From Microcoleus sp. (GTDB lineage Bacteria; Cyanobacteriota; Cyanobacteriia; Cyanobacteriales; Microcoleaceae), in NCBI GenBank assembly GCA_042408215.1, contig JAYFMW010000026.1, positions 64,001 to 128,000 of the forward strand: a DNA stretch of 64,000 nt. The letters are read 5' to 3'. The translations under genes and the position numbers were made by a program. This document shows, piece after piece, positions 31,201 through 42,519 of the stretch. The notes beneath the pieces are model-generated. The model was not told where the DNA came from. It saw only the letters and a list, made by a program, of their open reading frames with translations, and made no database searches. Position 1 is the stretch's first letter. The number at the start of each line of letters is the position of its first letter.

Positions 31201-32707
31201 GCAAAAATTGCCGGCCGCAAAATACCTAAAACCCTATCAGGGATTGAAACTTTTTCCTGCGAATTCCTCCTCCCATTTCTTGAGCCGCAAAATACCTAAA
31301 ACCCTATCAGGGATTGAAACGAGAGCTATTCCCGTCACTCATCGCTTCGGCCATCAGCCGCAAAATACCTAAAACCCTATCAGGGATTGAAACCTGCAAA
31401 CTTGCAAGCTGCTTCAAACTTCCAACTTGCCGCAAAATACCTAAAACCCTATCAGGGATTGAAACGTCCTCTACCCCCGTCGTTTCAGTGATTACTGCTG
31501 GGCCGCAAAATACCTAAAACCCTATCAGGGATTGAAACAAACATCCAAGACTTTAATTCCTTATGCGCCGCCCAAGCCGCAAAATACCTAAAACCCTATC
31601 AGGGATTGAAACTACACCCACCGAAACTGAGTATCAAAGATATAAACAGCCGCAAAATACCTAAAACCCTATCAGGGATTGAAACTTAATCAAAATCCGG
31701 CTGTTAGTAGCAGCCGGGAGCCGCAAAATACCTAAAACCCTATCAGGGATTGAAACGTTCCCAGTGCCAAAGATGCAGAAATTTCAACATACGCCGCAAA
31801 ATACCTAAAACCCTATCAGGGATTGAAACCAGGCGCAGAAAGGACTCTAGGTGGTGGATTGACGCCGCAAAATACCTAAAACCCTATCAGGGATTGAAAC
31901 ACCTTTCGGTGGGCGAAATTGGTGCTACCGATGTGCCGCAAAATACCTAAAACCCTATCAGGGATTGAAACATTACAGGACTATTTCTAATTTCACAAGT
32001 AGCAATTGCCGCAAAATACCTAAAACCCTATCAGGGATTGAAACGTAGTTAACTTTTCGATGGATTGGGCAATGAGAGGCGCCGCAAAATACCTAAAACC
32101 CTATCAGGGATTGAAACTTTCTCTCTAAATTGAATTGCTATTTGTGAATTTTTGCGCCGCAAAATACCTAAAACCCTATCAGGGATTGAAACGCCGAACT
32201 CCCTGGCAAGGCTTACGGAGGTGGCACAGCCGCAAAATACCTAAAACCCTATCAGGGATTGAAACATTGCCGGAGCTAAACACGACGCATCAATTCAATT
32301 ATTAAGCCGCAAAATACCTAAAACCCGATCAGGGATTGAAACATTGCCATCGATCCACACGCAGGATTTAATTCTTGCCGCAAAATACCTAAAACCCTAT
32401 CAGGGATTGAAACCGATTAGTTCAAGGTGACACGCAATTAATACTTGAGCCGCAAAATACCTAAAACCCGATCGGGGATTGAAACAGGGATTCACGCTTT
32501 GTTGATAACAACACGACAGCCGCACGCCGCAAAATACCTAAAACCCTATCAGGGATTGAAACAAGCTTTTGCGGTATAGGTGCAATCATATTAAATAATG
32601 GCCGCAAAATACCTAAAACCCTATCAGGGATTGAAACTTGATGGAGTTTTTATCTCTCTAAGTTTTAACTGCCGCAAAATACCTAAAACCCTATCAGGGA
32701 TTGAAAC
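28291..32707 (+). CRISPR. Type I-D CRISPR array, 61 repeats and 60 spacers
   Basis: 37-bp repeat GCCGCAAAATACCTAAAACCCTATCAGGGATTGAAAC with about 73-bp period; counted manually. Confidence 0.97.
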
Positions 32708-32710
32708 AAG

Positions 32711-32912
32711 TACATTGATTTACTGTAGCTACACGCTTGGGATTTTACCACACCCGTCGAAGAAGTCATGGGCGCTTTTGACCATTTAGTACGCGCCGGC
32801 AAAGTTTTCTACATCAGCATTTCCGATACACCAGCTTGGATTATTTCTCCAGCAAATACGATCGCCCATTTACGCGACAGGACACAATTTATCGGATTAC
32901 AAATAGAATACA
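32711..32912 (+). pseudogene. Aldo/keto reductase internal fragment
   Basis: Translates as YIDLL*LHAWDFTTPVEEVMGAFDHLVRAGKVFYISISDTPAW...IGLQIEY. Confidence 0.75.
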
Positions 32913-32914
32913 AC

Positions 32915-33009
32915 TATAGCAACCGCCAAGGCTGTTAAGGCGCTGGAGTCATTGCTCCCTTCGACTCCGCTCAGGGAGCAATGACTCCAGCGCCTTGGCG
33001 ACTGCTATA
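32915..33009. mobile_element. Hairpin MITE with TATAGC ends
   Basis: TATAGCAACCGCCAAGG / CCTTGGCGACTGCTATA ends; at least 23-bp perfect internal inverted repeat. Confidence 0.7.
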
Positions 33010-33219
33010 CAAGAAAATCTCCCTTGTTTGGACTTTGAATTAACCCCGGAACAAATGCAGAAATTAGACGCATTAAGTGCGATTTAATTGGGTTTTACCC
33101 ACGATTTTTGCAAAAGTTCGATGGTACAAGATTTTGCCTTCGGAGGGGGAATAGCCAAAATTTACAATCGCCGACTTTGAAATCACTTTTTTAGATATCG
33201 GGTAGGGACACTCCAAGAG

Positions 33220-33430
33220 CCCATTGGTGTCAACTTAAGGTAAAACCCAGTCATAGAATGGTGTTTGACTATTAAGGCCTGATCCCCCCTAGCCCCCCTT
33301 AAGAAGGGGGGGACAAGAGTCTTCTCAAAGTCACCCCCTACTCCCCTTCTTAAGGGGGATTTAGGGGGATCTAGACTATGGTAAAAACGAGATTTATCAA
33401 GGCTTTTAGGCTTAAGTTGACACCAATAGG
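33220..33430. mobile_element. MITE of the CCCATTGGTG family, nested in a GTAGGGACAC REP
   Basis: Same TIRs and internal palindromes as 3817-4031. Confidence 0.78.
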
Positions 33431-34079
33431 CACGCTTGAGTGTCCCTACTTTTTTAGCCGTGTCCCTACTTTTTTAGGGACGCTTTTTTAGTAATATTTT
33501 CCGACACTTAAATCAACGCGGATTTAAAAGTTTGATGGCTGATTTGTAAATCTTTGTGAAGTCAGAAAGACCTGTGATATAATTTAGTATAATCCGATAC
33601 AAGAATTGGCGATCGGCGATCGCGCGAGTTGAGAAAAAACACCGTAGATCCAATCAAAGGGTAACAAAAAGTAGAGCTCAACTTGTCTTTACTTGGCCAA
33701 ATACAGCGAGAAAAGGCGATCGCCATTACCGCAGTAATCGCCTGTTAAGAGCCACTAGACAAGCTCCATCGGCATTTTAAGCTGATTTTAACCCCACTAC
33801 AAGCTGCGATCGAGATCGAAGTCATCCTTAAGATAGAAGTAATAGCAGAAGAACTAAGTTATATTGATCGACAATAGCAAGTTTAATAATATCAACTTAT
33901 CTCAAACTTTCATTTCCGAAAAAAAAGCAGATCGGCGTGTTTTTCCGCAGGTAAGCAGTTGCTTGCGAAAACTGAATGTGGCGCTTGCTGGGTCAGAAAA
34001 ATTCTCAGATAGATGCTGGAATTTTTCTGCAACACACTGCTGAAAACTAGATCGTCTTGACAAATTTACGAGGCTAATT

Positions 34080-35390
34080 ATGTCCCCCTTAGAAAACTCA
34101 GTCAACAATAATTATAGCAATAACGGTGCTGGATGGGAGATCCGATTTACCTCAATAGATACAGCGCGATCGCCCTCTCAACTAGCCCCGACACCCAAAT
34201 CGCGCGCCAACTTATCAAACGAGTCTTCTTTAGATACACCCGATCTCGTTTGTCTGTCACATTTGCGCTGGAATTTCGTCTACCAGCGACCCCAACACCT
34301 CCTGAGTCGCTGCGCCAAAAACCGCCGCGTATTCTTTGTTGAAGAACCGATTTTTAGTCCTGGTACTGATTGGCGGCTTGATGTCAGCATCCACGCCAGC
34401 GGAGTTTGGGTAATAGTACCGCACCTCAGCGAAGAAATCAGCGAAGAAACAGCACAAAAAATTCAGCAAGAAATGCTGAATGACTTGTTTCAAGCAGCAG
34501 AAATTCAGCAGTACATCCTGTGGTATTACACCCCAATGGCTGTCGGTTTTACCAACCACTTAAAGCCGCTAGCCGTAGTCTACGACTGCATGGACGAACT
34601 GTCAGCATTCCAAGGTGCTCACCCCGCTTTAAAAGCTAACGAAAGTCAACTGTTAAAGCGCGCCAACGTAGTATTTACTGGCGGACACAGCCTTTACGAA
34701 GCCAAACAGCATCAGCACCCAAATATTCATGCTTTCCCCAGCAGCATCGAAAAAGAACACTTTGCTACAGCCAAGTATTTTGTAGAAGAACCGGCAGATC
34801 AAAAAGATATTCCTCACCCGCGTTTGGGATTTTTTGGTGTCATAGACGAACGCATGGATATCGAACTGCTGCGCGGCATTGCTGAAGCGAAACCGGATTG
34901 GCATTTAGTCATTATTGGCCCTGTCGTCAAGATCGATCGGGCAATTCTGCCTACTAACCCAAACATTCATTATCTCGGCGGTAAATCATATCAACAACTG
35001 CCTGAATATCTGGCCGGGTGGGATATAGCAATGCTGCCCTTTGCGATTAACGAATCGACTAAATTCATTAGTCCCACCAAAACTCCCGAATACCTGGCCG
35101 CCGGCAAACCAGTCATTTCTACTCCGATCCGCGACGTGGTTCGGCCCTACGGAGAAAAAGGCTTAGTTCGGATTGCTAGCAATGCGTCAGAATTCGTCGC
35201 CTGCGCTGAAGAAATTATGAATGAAAGTGCAGATAGCACAAATTGGCTGGACGAAGTTGATGCCTTTTTAGCAGATAACTCTTGGGACAAAACCTGGGGG
35301 GAAATGCTGGGGCTCATCGAAAGTGCGATCGCAGAAAGAAGTCAACAGTCAGCAGTCAGTAGTCAGCAGTCAGTAGTCAGCAGTCAGTAG
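34080..35390 (+). CDS. GT-B glycosyltransferase associated with UDP-galactopyranose mutase
   Basis: SHLRWNFVYQRPQHL, YDCMDELSAF, SPTKTPEYLAAGKPV. Confidence 0.85.
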   Translation: MSPLENSVNNNYSNNGAGWEIRFTSIDTARSPSQLAPTPKSRANLSNESSLDTPDLVCLSHLRWNFVYQRPQHLLSRCAKNRRVFFVEEPIFSPGTDWRLDVSIHASGVWVIVPHLSEEISEETAQKIQQEMLNDLFQAAEIQQYILWYYTPMAVGFTNHLKPLAVVYDCMDELSAFQGAHPALKANESQLLKRANVVFTGGHSLYEAKQHQHPNIHAFPSSIEKEHFATAKYFVEEPADQKDIPHPRLGFFGVIDERMDIELLRGIAEAKPDWHLVIIGPVVKIDRAILPTNPNIHYLGGKSYQQLPEYLAGWDIAMLPFAINESTKFISPTKTPEYLAAGKPVISTPIRDVVRPYGEKGLVRIASNASEFVACAEEIMNESADSTNWLDEVDAFLADNSWDKTWGEMLGLIESAIAERSQQSAVSSQQSVVSSQ

Positions 35391-35745
35391 TCAGTAGTCA
35401 GTAGTCAGTAGTCAGTAGTCAGTAGTCAGCAGTCAGTAGTCAGCAGTCAGTAGTCAGCAGTCAGTAGTCAGTAGTCAGTAGTCAGTAGTCAGTAGTCAGT
35501 AGTCAGTAGTCAGTAGTCAGTAGTCAGTAGTCAGTAGTCAACAGTCAGAAGTCAGAAGTCAGAGGGAAGAAGTCAGAGGGAAGAAGTCAGAGGTCAGAAA
35601 AACAATTGAACTTTTTAAGTTACCAATGCCCCATTCCCAATTCCCCATTCCCAATGCCCAATGCTCTTCGGCCCAATGCCCCATTCCCAATGCCCCATTC
35701 CCAATGCCCAATGCCCAATTCCCCATTCCCAATTCCCAATTCCCA
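35340..35745 (+). repeat. STRR tracts (CAGTAGT)n and (CCCATTC/CCCAATG)n
   Basis: Tandem heptamers. Confidence 0.9.
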
Positions 35746-35756
35746 GAGGTATTTTA

Positions 35757-36974
35757 ATGTTTGATTACTTAATTGTCGGAGCCGGATTTGCAGGTAGCGT
35801 CATTGCCGAACGGCTAGCAACTCAAGCCGGAAAAAAAGTATTGATAATTGACACCCGCAATCACATCGGCGGCAACGCCTACGATCACTACGATAACCAC
35901 GGCATCCTGGTACACAAATACGGGCCCCACATTTTTCATACCAATTCCCGCCCAGTTTTCCAGTACCTTTCGCGGTTCACCGATTGGCGGCCCTACGAAC
36001 ACCGCGTCTTGGCCAGCGTGGACGGTCAACTATTACCAATTCCCATCAACCTCAACACCGTAAATAAACTTTACGGACTCAATCTTACATCATTTGAAGT
36101 CGCAGATTTTTTTGCTAAATTAGCAGAACCAATGGAGTATATTCGCACTTCGGAAGATGTTGTCGTCAGCAAAGTGGGTCGCGAACTTTACGAGAAATTT
36201 TTCCATAATTACACTCGCAAACAGTGGGGAATAGACCCGTCGCAACTCGATAAATCAGTGATTGCGCGCGTGCCAACTAGAATTAATCGGGACGATCGGT
36301 ATTTCACAGATACCTATCAAGCAATGCCGCTGCACGGCTACACTCGGATGTTTGAAAAAATGCTGGCTCATCCAAACATTAAGGTGATGCTGAATACAGA
36401 CTACCGCGAGATTGAGGATATTATTCCTTACGGGGAAATGATTTACACCGGGCCGGTTGATTCCTATTTCAATTATTGCTACGGCAAACTTCCTTACCGT
36501 TCTTTGGAATTCAAGCATGAAACGCTCAACGTACCCGTACACCAAGTAGCACCGGTGGTAAATTACCCCAACGAGCATTTATATACTCGCTGCACGGAGT
36601 TTAAATATCTCACCGGACAAGAGCACCTAAAAACTAGCATTGTCTACGAATATCCTCAAGCTGAGGGAGACCCTTACTACCCTGTTCCGCGACCGGAAAA
36701 TGCCGAAATTTACAAGAAATATAAGGCTTTAGCTGACGCAACTCCGGGAGTTTCTTTTGTAGGGAGGCTGGCAACTTACAGGTATTACAACATGGATCAA
36801 GTTGTAGCTCAAGCCTTGACAACTTACACTCAAATTATTACCAAGCCGGTGATTGAATTGGCGGGGCATCTTAACGGTTCCGCCTCGAATTTAAGCTTGA
36901 ATGGAGTTGCCGCAGCCACAGCACCTCTAGAAGTCGCTGTTGCTAACGGCAATGGCAAATCTGTTAGCCATTAG
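35757..36974 (+). CDS. glf: UDP-galactopyranose mutase
   Basis: [38 protein letters not shown]. Confidence 0.93.
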   Translation: MFDYLIVGAGFAGSVIAERLATQAGKKVLIIDTRNHIGGNAYDHYDNHGILVHKYGPHIFHTNSRPVFQYLSRFTDWRPYEHRVLASVDGQLLPIPINLNTVNKLYGLNLTSFEVADFFAKLAEPMEYIRTSEDVVVSKVGRELYEKFFHNYTRKQWGIDPSQLDKSVIARVPTRINRDDRYFTDTYQAMPLHGYTRMFEKMLAHPNIKVMLNTDYREIEDIIPYGEMIYTGPVDSYFNYCYGKLPYRSLEFKHETLNVPVHQVAPVVNYPNEHLYTRCTEFKYLTGQEHLKTSIVYEYPQAEGDPYYPVPRPENAEIYKKYKALADATPGVSFVGRLATYRYYNMDQVVAQALTTYTQIITKPVIELAGHLNGSASNLSLNGVAAATAPLEVAVANGNGKSVSH

Positions 36975-37092
36975 CTTAGCTGGCAGGATTTTGTAAGAGC
37001 TGGTCAAAAAGTAGGGTGTGCGAAAGCGCACCTTACTGCGATCTCCTTTCATCCCACTTACAAAAAACAATCTAATAAGTATCGAGGTAAAA

Positions 37093-37479
37093 ATGAGCGC
37101 GATCGTGAAAATTGTTTTGTCTGGTGAAGTTTTGGAAAGTTCTCAATTTTTGCAATTTCACAAAGAAATAGAGCGCCTGATAGAAAACGGTGGCAAAATT
37201 CTGATGCTCGATTTCTCAAAGATCAATTCTCTGAAAAATTCCGAGTTGATGGCTGTAGTGGCGATCGTGAAATTAGTGAGAGATAGCGATTGCATTCTTT
37301 TGATATCTTCTATGAGCGAACAAGTTAGAATGCTATTTGAACTCACGGGACTCGAACAAATATTTCAGTGTTTGTCGGCTCCTGAAGAAGTCGCTCTCAA
37401 AACAGAAATAATCGATCCGTTAGGAGGTCTGCCAAGATACTCGGCGATTGAAATCGCTACTACACAAACGAGAGATTGA
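37093..37479 (+). CDS. STAS-domain (anti-anti-sigma-like) protein
   Basis: LDFSKI...QVRMLFELTGL; lacks the canonical DSSG motif. Confidence 0.7.
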   Translation: MSAIVKIVLSGEVLESSQFLQFHKEIERLIENGGKILMLDFSKINSLKNSELMAVVAIVKLVRDSDCILLISSMSEQVRMLFELTGLEQIFQCLSAPEEVALKTEIIDPLGGLPRYSAIEIATTQTRD

Positions 37480-37763
37480 GGGTTTTCAATAGGGATTTAG
37501 TGTAGTTTTTCCGATCGGATCATGTCCGGCAAATCACTTACTATAAACGCTTATTTGTCATTCTTCGCTTCTCTCAGAATGACAACTACTCAAGGGGACT
37601 TGATATCATTTGTCCGCTGAAGGCTCAGTCTGTTTGACTTAAATCTCAGGCTGTTTGAAGTGAAAAGTTTTGATTTTTTAGCGGAAAATTAACTCGCTAA
37701 AAACTTGTCAAAGTCGGGACAATTGTCGCTAACCTATAAATATAACTTAGGGTAGATGTCTGG

Positions 37764-39644
37764 ATGAGTTGGTTAGGTAGAGAACTAGAAAATTGCGAGA
37801 TAGAAGAGTCTGCAACTCTTGATAGCAAGGTGACTATTAGAGGGCGAAAAACTGGTTATCCGCGCCCCCAATTGCGCCGGAGTAACTGGATTTGTCTCAA
37901 CGGTCAGTGGAGGTTTGCTTATGACGATGGGGGACGCTGTGTGCAGCCGATCGACATTACCGAGTGGACTCACACCATCGAAGTCCCCTTTGCTCCAGAA
38001 TCGGTCAAAAGTGGCATCGGCGACACGAGTTTTCACGCTAACTGCTGGTACGATCGCGAATTTGACCTGCCGCACACAGAAAGCAGAGTGCTCCTGCACT
38101 TCGGGGCCGTAGACTACCGCGCCCGCGTCTGGGTGAACGGTCAGTTTGTCATGGAACACGAAGGCGGTCACACTCCTTTCAGCGCCGACATTACAGCAGT
38201 TTTAAACTTACTAGGGCCGCAGCGGGTGACAGTCTGGGCCCAAGACGACCCCCAAGACTTGGCGAAACCCCGCGGCAAGCAAGATTGGCAGGTGGAACCC
38301 CACAGCATCTGGTACCCGCGCACGACTGGCATTTGGCAGACGGTATGGGTAGAATTGGTGCCTCATACTTATATCGATCGCATCCGGTGGACTCCGCAGT
38401 TCGAGCGCTGGGAAATCGGTTTTGAGGCGTTGGTCGCGGGCGATCGCCAATCGGGGATTCAAATTAAAGTTAAACTGTCGATCGGCTGCTTACTGCTAGT
38501 CAACGACACCTACGAAGTCATCAACAGCGAAATCCACCGGCGCATCGCCCTCTCAGACCCTGGTATCGACGACTACCGCAACGAATTGCTGTGGAGTCCC
38601 GAAAAACCGACATTAATCAACGCTCAAGTGCAGTTGTGGGCGGACGGCAAATTGCTCGACGAGGTAAAATCTTATACCGCCATGCGGACGGTCAGCATCC
38701 AGCGCGATCGCTTCATGCTAAACGGCCGCCCCTACTATTTGCGACTGGTACTCGACCAAGGTTACTGGCCAGACACCCTAATGACGGCCCCCTCCGACGA
38801 GGCCCTACGCTACGATGTCGAATTAGTCAAAGCAATGGGTTTCAACGGCGTCCGCAAACACCAGAAAATCGAAGACCCCCGCTTTTTGTACTGGGCTGAC
38901 TTGCTGGGGCTCTTAGTTTGGGAAGAAATGCCCAGCGCCTACCGCTTCACTCCCAAAGCCGTTGACCGGCTGACGCGGGAGTGGACGGAAGCGATCGATC
39001 GCGACTCCAGCCACCCCTGTATCGTAGTCTGGGTGCCGTTCAACGAATCCTGGGGAGTTCCGAATTTAGTCGAAGCGGCAGCCCACCGCCACTACGTGCG
39101 ATCGCTATATTTTTTGACAAAAACCTTAGACCCCACTCGCCCCGTAATTGGGAACGACGGCTGGGAAAGCACAGATACCGATATCCTCGCCATTCACGAC
39201 TACGACAACAACCCCACAACTCTGGCCAAACGTTACGGGCCCGAAGTCCAGCTAGCCGATTTGTTCGATCGCAGGCGTCCCGGCGGGCGGGTACTCACCC
39301 TCGACGGCCACCCCCACCAAGGACAGCCCGTGATGCTGACCGAATTCGGCGGCATCGCCTGCGCCGGCCGCGAAAACCCAGATTATCTCAGGGTTTGGGG
39401 CTACGTGCGGGCGTCCGACACCCAGGAATTGCAACAGCGCTACAGCGCGCTGCTGAAGGTGGTAAATCGAGTGGAAATGTTCAGCGGATTTTGCTACACG
39501 CAGTTGACCGATACTTTCCAAGAAGCTAACGGTTTGCTGTATGCCGATCGCACTCCCAAGTTTTCCATAAAGGCGATCGCGGCGGCAACTCTCGGTTGGG
39601 ATATTCCAGAAGAAAGTGTACAGCAAGCAATTACTCAGTGTTAA
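37764..39644 (+). CDS. Glycoside hydrolase family 2
   Basis: [37 protein letters not shown]. Confidence 0.88.
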   Translation: MSWLGRELENCEIEESATLDSKVTIRGRKTGYPRPQLRRSNWICLNGQWRFAYDDGGRCVQPIDITEWTHTIEVPFAPESVKSGIGDTSFHANCWYDREFDLPHTESRVLLHFGAVDYRARVWVNGQFVMEHEGGHTPFSADITAVLNLLGPQRVTVWAQDDPQDLAKPRGKQDWQVEPHSIWYPRTTGIWQTVWVELVPHTYIDRIRWTPQFERWEIGFEALVAGDRQSGIQIKVKLSIGCLLLVNDTYEVINSEIHRRIALSDPGIDDYRNELLWSPEKPTLINAQVQLWADGKLLDEVKSYTAMRTVSIQRDRFMLNGRPYYLRLVLDQGYWPDTLMTAPSDEALRYDVELVKAMGFNGVRKHQKIEDPRFLYWADLLGLLVWEEMPSAYRFTPKAVDRLTREWTEAIDRDSSHPCIVVWVPFNESWGVPNLVEAAAHRHYVRSLYFLTKTLDPTRPVIGNDGWESTDTDILAIHDYDNNPTTLAKRYGPEVQLADLFDRRRPGGRVLTLDGHPHQGQPVMLTEFGGIACAGRENPDYLRVWGYVRASDTQELQQRYSALLKVVNRVEMFSGFCYTQLTDTFQEANGLLYADRTPKFSIKAIAAATLGWDIPEESVQQAITQC

Positions 39645-39868
39645 TGGGGAATTGGGAATTGGGAATTGGGAATTGGGAATTGGTAATTGGGAATTGGTAA
39701 TTGGTAATTGGGAATTGGTAATTGGTAATTGATAATTGCCCGCAGTTCCAAGTTATTGGATATAGCAAGTCTCAATCATTTATGAACCTCTTCCCCATTC
39801 CCCATTCCCCATTCCCCATTCCCCATTCCCCATTCCCCATTCCCCATTCCCCATTCCCCATTCCCCAT
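39645..39868. repeat. STRR tracts (GGGAATT)n and inverted (CCCCATT)n
   Basis: Tandem heptamers in opposite orientation. Confidence 0.85.
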
Positions 39869-39880
39869 TACCTAGATATA

Positions 39881-40999
39881 ATGTTTCAAAGTTTTTTCAT
39901 GGGCGGATTTGAATGTTCAACCCACCGATTGCTTTCTGGAAAACGCCTCGATGTCACAGCCGCCACCGGCCACGATAAATTTGCAGTCGCCGACTACCAA
40001 CGCTTGCAACAGCAAGGCATTTACACAGTCCGCGAAGGCCTCCGCTGGCACTTAATTGAACAGTCGCCCCAAAAATACGATTTTTCCAGCGTCCTGCCAA
40101 TAATCCGCGCCGCCCGCGACATGAAAATGCAGGTAATTTGGGATTTGTTTCACTACGGCTGGCCCGACGATATTGATATTTTCAGTCCCGAATTTGTGCC
40201 AAGGTTTGCAAACATGGTGCGCGCTTTTATGGAAGTGCTGGCTAACGAAACCGACCAAACACCTTTCGTGACACCTGTCAATGAAATTTCATTTATTGCT
40301 TGGGCGGGCGGCGATGTTGCTTATATCAATCCTTTTGGAAAAGGGCGGGGAGACGAGCTGAAAATCCAGTTAATCAAAGCATCGATCGCCGCGATAGAAT
40401 CAGTTTGGGAAATCAATCCCCGCAGTCGCATCGTTCAAATCGACCCAGTAATTAACATTATTGCCGACCCGAAAAGACCGCAGGATCGAGACGAGGCGGA
40501 AGGTTATCGCTTATCTCAATATCAAGCTTGGGATATGTTGGCGGGACGTTTTCGCCCCGAACTCGGCGGCAAGGAAAAATATCTCGATATTATTGGGGTT
40601 AATTATTACGATCGCAATCAGTGGATTCACAATGAAGAACCGATGAAATACACCGATCCGCTGTACCGCCCATTTCGCGCCATCCTGCAAGAAGTTTTCG
40701 ATCGCTACGGCCGCCCCTTATTCATCGCAGAAACAGGCACTGAAGACGATTTTAGACCTGTCTGGTTGAATTATGTGTGCACGGAGGTAGCGGCGGCGAT
40801 TAAAGCCGGAGTTCCGGTGGATGGAGTCTGTTTGTATCCGATTGTCAATCATCCGGGTTGGGATGACGATCGCCACTGCTACAATGGTCTTTGGGATTAT
40901 TGCAATGAATTGGGCGATCGAGAAATTTACCAGCCTTTGGCGGATGAATTGCAGTTTCAAAGGCAGCAAATTGAACCGTTGATGAAGTTGCAGAATTGA
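39881..40999 (+). CDS. Beta-glucosidase-like clan GH-A hydrolase
   Basis: FMGGFECS, PVNEIS, GVNYY, IAETG. Confidence 0.8.
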   Translation: MFQSFFMGGFECSTHRLLSGKRLDVTAATGHDKFAVADYQRLQQQGIYTVREGLRWHLIEQSPQKYDFSSVLPIIRAARDMKMQVIWDLFHYGWPDDIDIFSPEFVPRFANMVRAFMEVLANETDQTPFVTPVNEISFIAWAGGDVAYINPFGKGRGDELKIQLIKASIAAIESVWEINPRSRIVQIDPVINIIADPKRPQDRDEAEGYRLSQYQAWDMLAGRFRPELGGKEKYLDIIGVNYYDRNQWIHNEEPMKYTDPLYRPFRAILQEVFDRYGRPLFIAETGTEDDFRPVWLNYVCTEVAAAIKAGVPVDGVCLYPIVNHPGWDDDRHCYNGLWDYCNELGDREIYQPLADELQFQRQQIEPLMKLQN

Positions 41000-41314
41000 C
41001 AATAAGTTAGTTATCCCGTTTGTGAAGGAGGCGATTGAAAAATCGGCGATTGAAATCGCTTCTACACAAACGAAGTCCGCCTGCGCGGACTAAGAGATTG
41101 AGGGGTATTTAAGCCGGATTTGGGATTAGATCTAAAAGGGCGATCGATCTCCCCCTTTCCCCATACTTCCCGCCACCAAAATTGACTAATTTCTCGCTCA
41201 CTGCCAAACTCTAGGCGTAACCACACCCGTGCGAGTATTCCAAGCATGGGTGAGAAATTAATAAAAAACATGAACCAAATTTATCGCTGAAATATAGATA
41301 ATGACAGCGCCGAA

Positions 41315-41590
41315 TCACATATCCGTTTTCGCAAACTCTTCTTCTAAGGCATTTAATGCTTGTTGGACTGATAATCTTAGTTCAGCTTCATCAATATCAA
41401 ATTCAGGATCGAATAAATCAGAATCGCCACAATAAGCATCTACATCACCAAACAACTTGTCTAAAATTTGGAACTCCCTTTCTGAGTCGAAACGTTTTTC
41501 TTTTTTAAATATCTCCAAAAATCGGAACTCAAATTCATTGCTGCTGATTTTATTATTAACAAAATCTTTCAGCAATCTAATATATTTCAT
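41315..41590 (-). CDS. Colicin-D-type immunity protein
   Basis: L..F....IS..EF...F...F and LDKLFGDVDAY pattern; acidic; downstream of the toxin gene. Confidence 0.75.
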   Translation of the reverse strand: MKYIRLLKDFVNNKISSNEFEFRFLEIFKKEKRFDSEREFQILDKLFGDVDAYCGDSDLFDPEFDIDEAELRLSVQQALNALEEEFAKTDM

Positions 41591-41591
41591 A

Positions 41592-41695
41592 TATAGCAAT
41601 CCTAAATGATTTGCAAAATTATACGCGAGCAAAGATGCTCACACTGCAAGGATTCTGGTCTCGATCGATTTTGCGACTGATTTAGGATCGCTATA
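41592..41695. mobile_element. MITE with TATAGCAATCCTAAAT TIRs
   Basis: Matching right end ATTTAGGATCGCTATA; TA flanks. Confidence 0.75.
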
Positions 41696-41759
41696 TATGA
41701 ATTTTTTACAATCTAGTATTTTTAGAAGGGCAGGAAAAAAGTTCCAGCCCTTTTTATTA

Positions 41760-42185
41760 TCAGCCTCCTCCAATATTACCAGTATCTATAATCGCCTTAA
41801 GTTGGTTTTCCTTCAATTTCCAACCACTGATAAAATATCCCTTATCATCAAAAAAGACATTTAAAGCTGTTTGCGGATCAAAATAATGAACTACTGGCAT
41901 TCTTCTGAAAGTTCCCCTCCTCACTTTCGTAGTGCTACTTTGTAAATGATTTTCTATAGCGATTTGAAATTTTGTTAAATTCTGTAAACTCCAACTTTCT
42001 TGAATACCAAAATCACTAGCGTGCTTAAATTTTTCTTGAAGTTGCTTATTTTGAAAATATATGCGTTTTTTTATACTTTGTTTTATGTGTTTTCTAGATT
42101 TTTTTCCAGATTTTGTTATACATTTTTTTCCAGATTTTATTATTTTAGATTTTTTGGGAGTAGATTTTTTTCTAAAGTTCATCAT
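41760..42185 (-). CDS. Stand-alone colicin-D-like tRNase toxin domain with Lys-rich N-terminus
   Basis: QLQEKFKHASDFG, GTFR, YFDPQT..NV, FISGWKL. Confidence 0.8.
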   Translation of the reverse strand: MMNFRKKSTPKKSKIIKSGKKCITKSGKKSRKHIKQSIKKRIYFQNKQLQEKFKHASDFGIQESWSLQNLTKFQIAIENHLQSSTTKVRRGTFRRMPVVHYFDPQTALNVFFDDKGYFISGWKLKENQLKAIIDTGNIGGG

Positions 42186-42373
42186 TCTAGAGAGTAACTA
42201 TTTTTTACACAAACAAAATACTGATAGTATTCTTGTAAAAAATTTGCTCTGTAGTCTTGTGTAGTCCTGTGGCAGTTTTCAGGCTTGCGGGCCATCGGAA
42301 TAGTCTCCGGCGTCTGCGGCATCAGCAGTTTGCCCTCTGTATCCAGAGCGTGTTATTCAATTGTCTTCTATTA

Positions 42374-42402
42374 AGTTTAGCATACGAAAACTACCTTGTC
42401 AA
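42374..42402 (-). promoter_or_regulatory. Near-consensus sigma70 promoter upstream of the toxin gene
   Basis: TTGACA-17bp-TAAACT with TG extension. Confidence 0.65.
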
Positions 42403-42519
42403 TTCAAGCTATATGGCTCGTGGTAGAGTCATATAGCTTGACTAGGTGACCATCAAGAAAAAAAGCTTGCTAAACAAAGGTTTTAAGGGTATTTAGGCTT
42501 TTTATCATGTAATCGAGGA

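Noticed and set aside
28602..32789. Many short ORFs containing RKIPKTLSGIET or AAKYLKPYQGLK
   Set aside because: Translations of CRISPR repeats
35661..35756. STRR-encoded N-terminal extensions of glf (and of the GH-A gene at 39722)
   Set aside because: Heptamer translations; recognisable protein starts at the downstream ATGs
42270..42340. Resemblance to a c-di-GMP-I riboswitch (GGCAAA..GACGC..TGCC)
   Set aside because: Lacks the GNRA loop and receptor; the coding explanation fits better; needs an Infernal search
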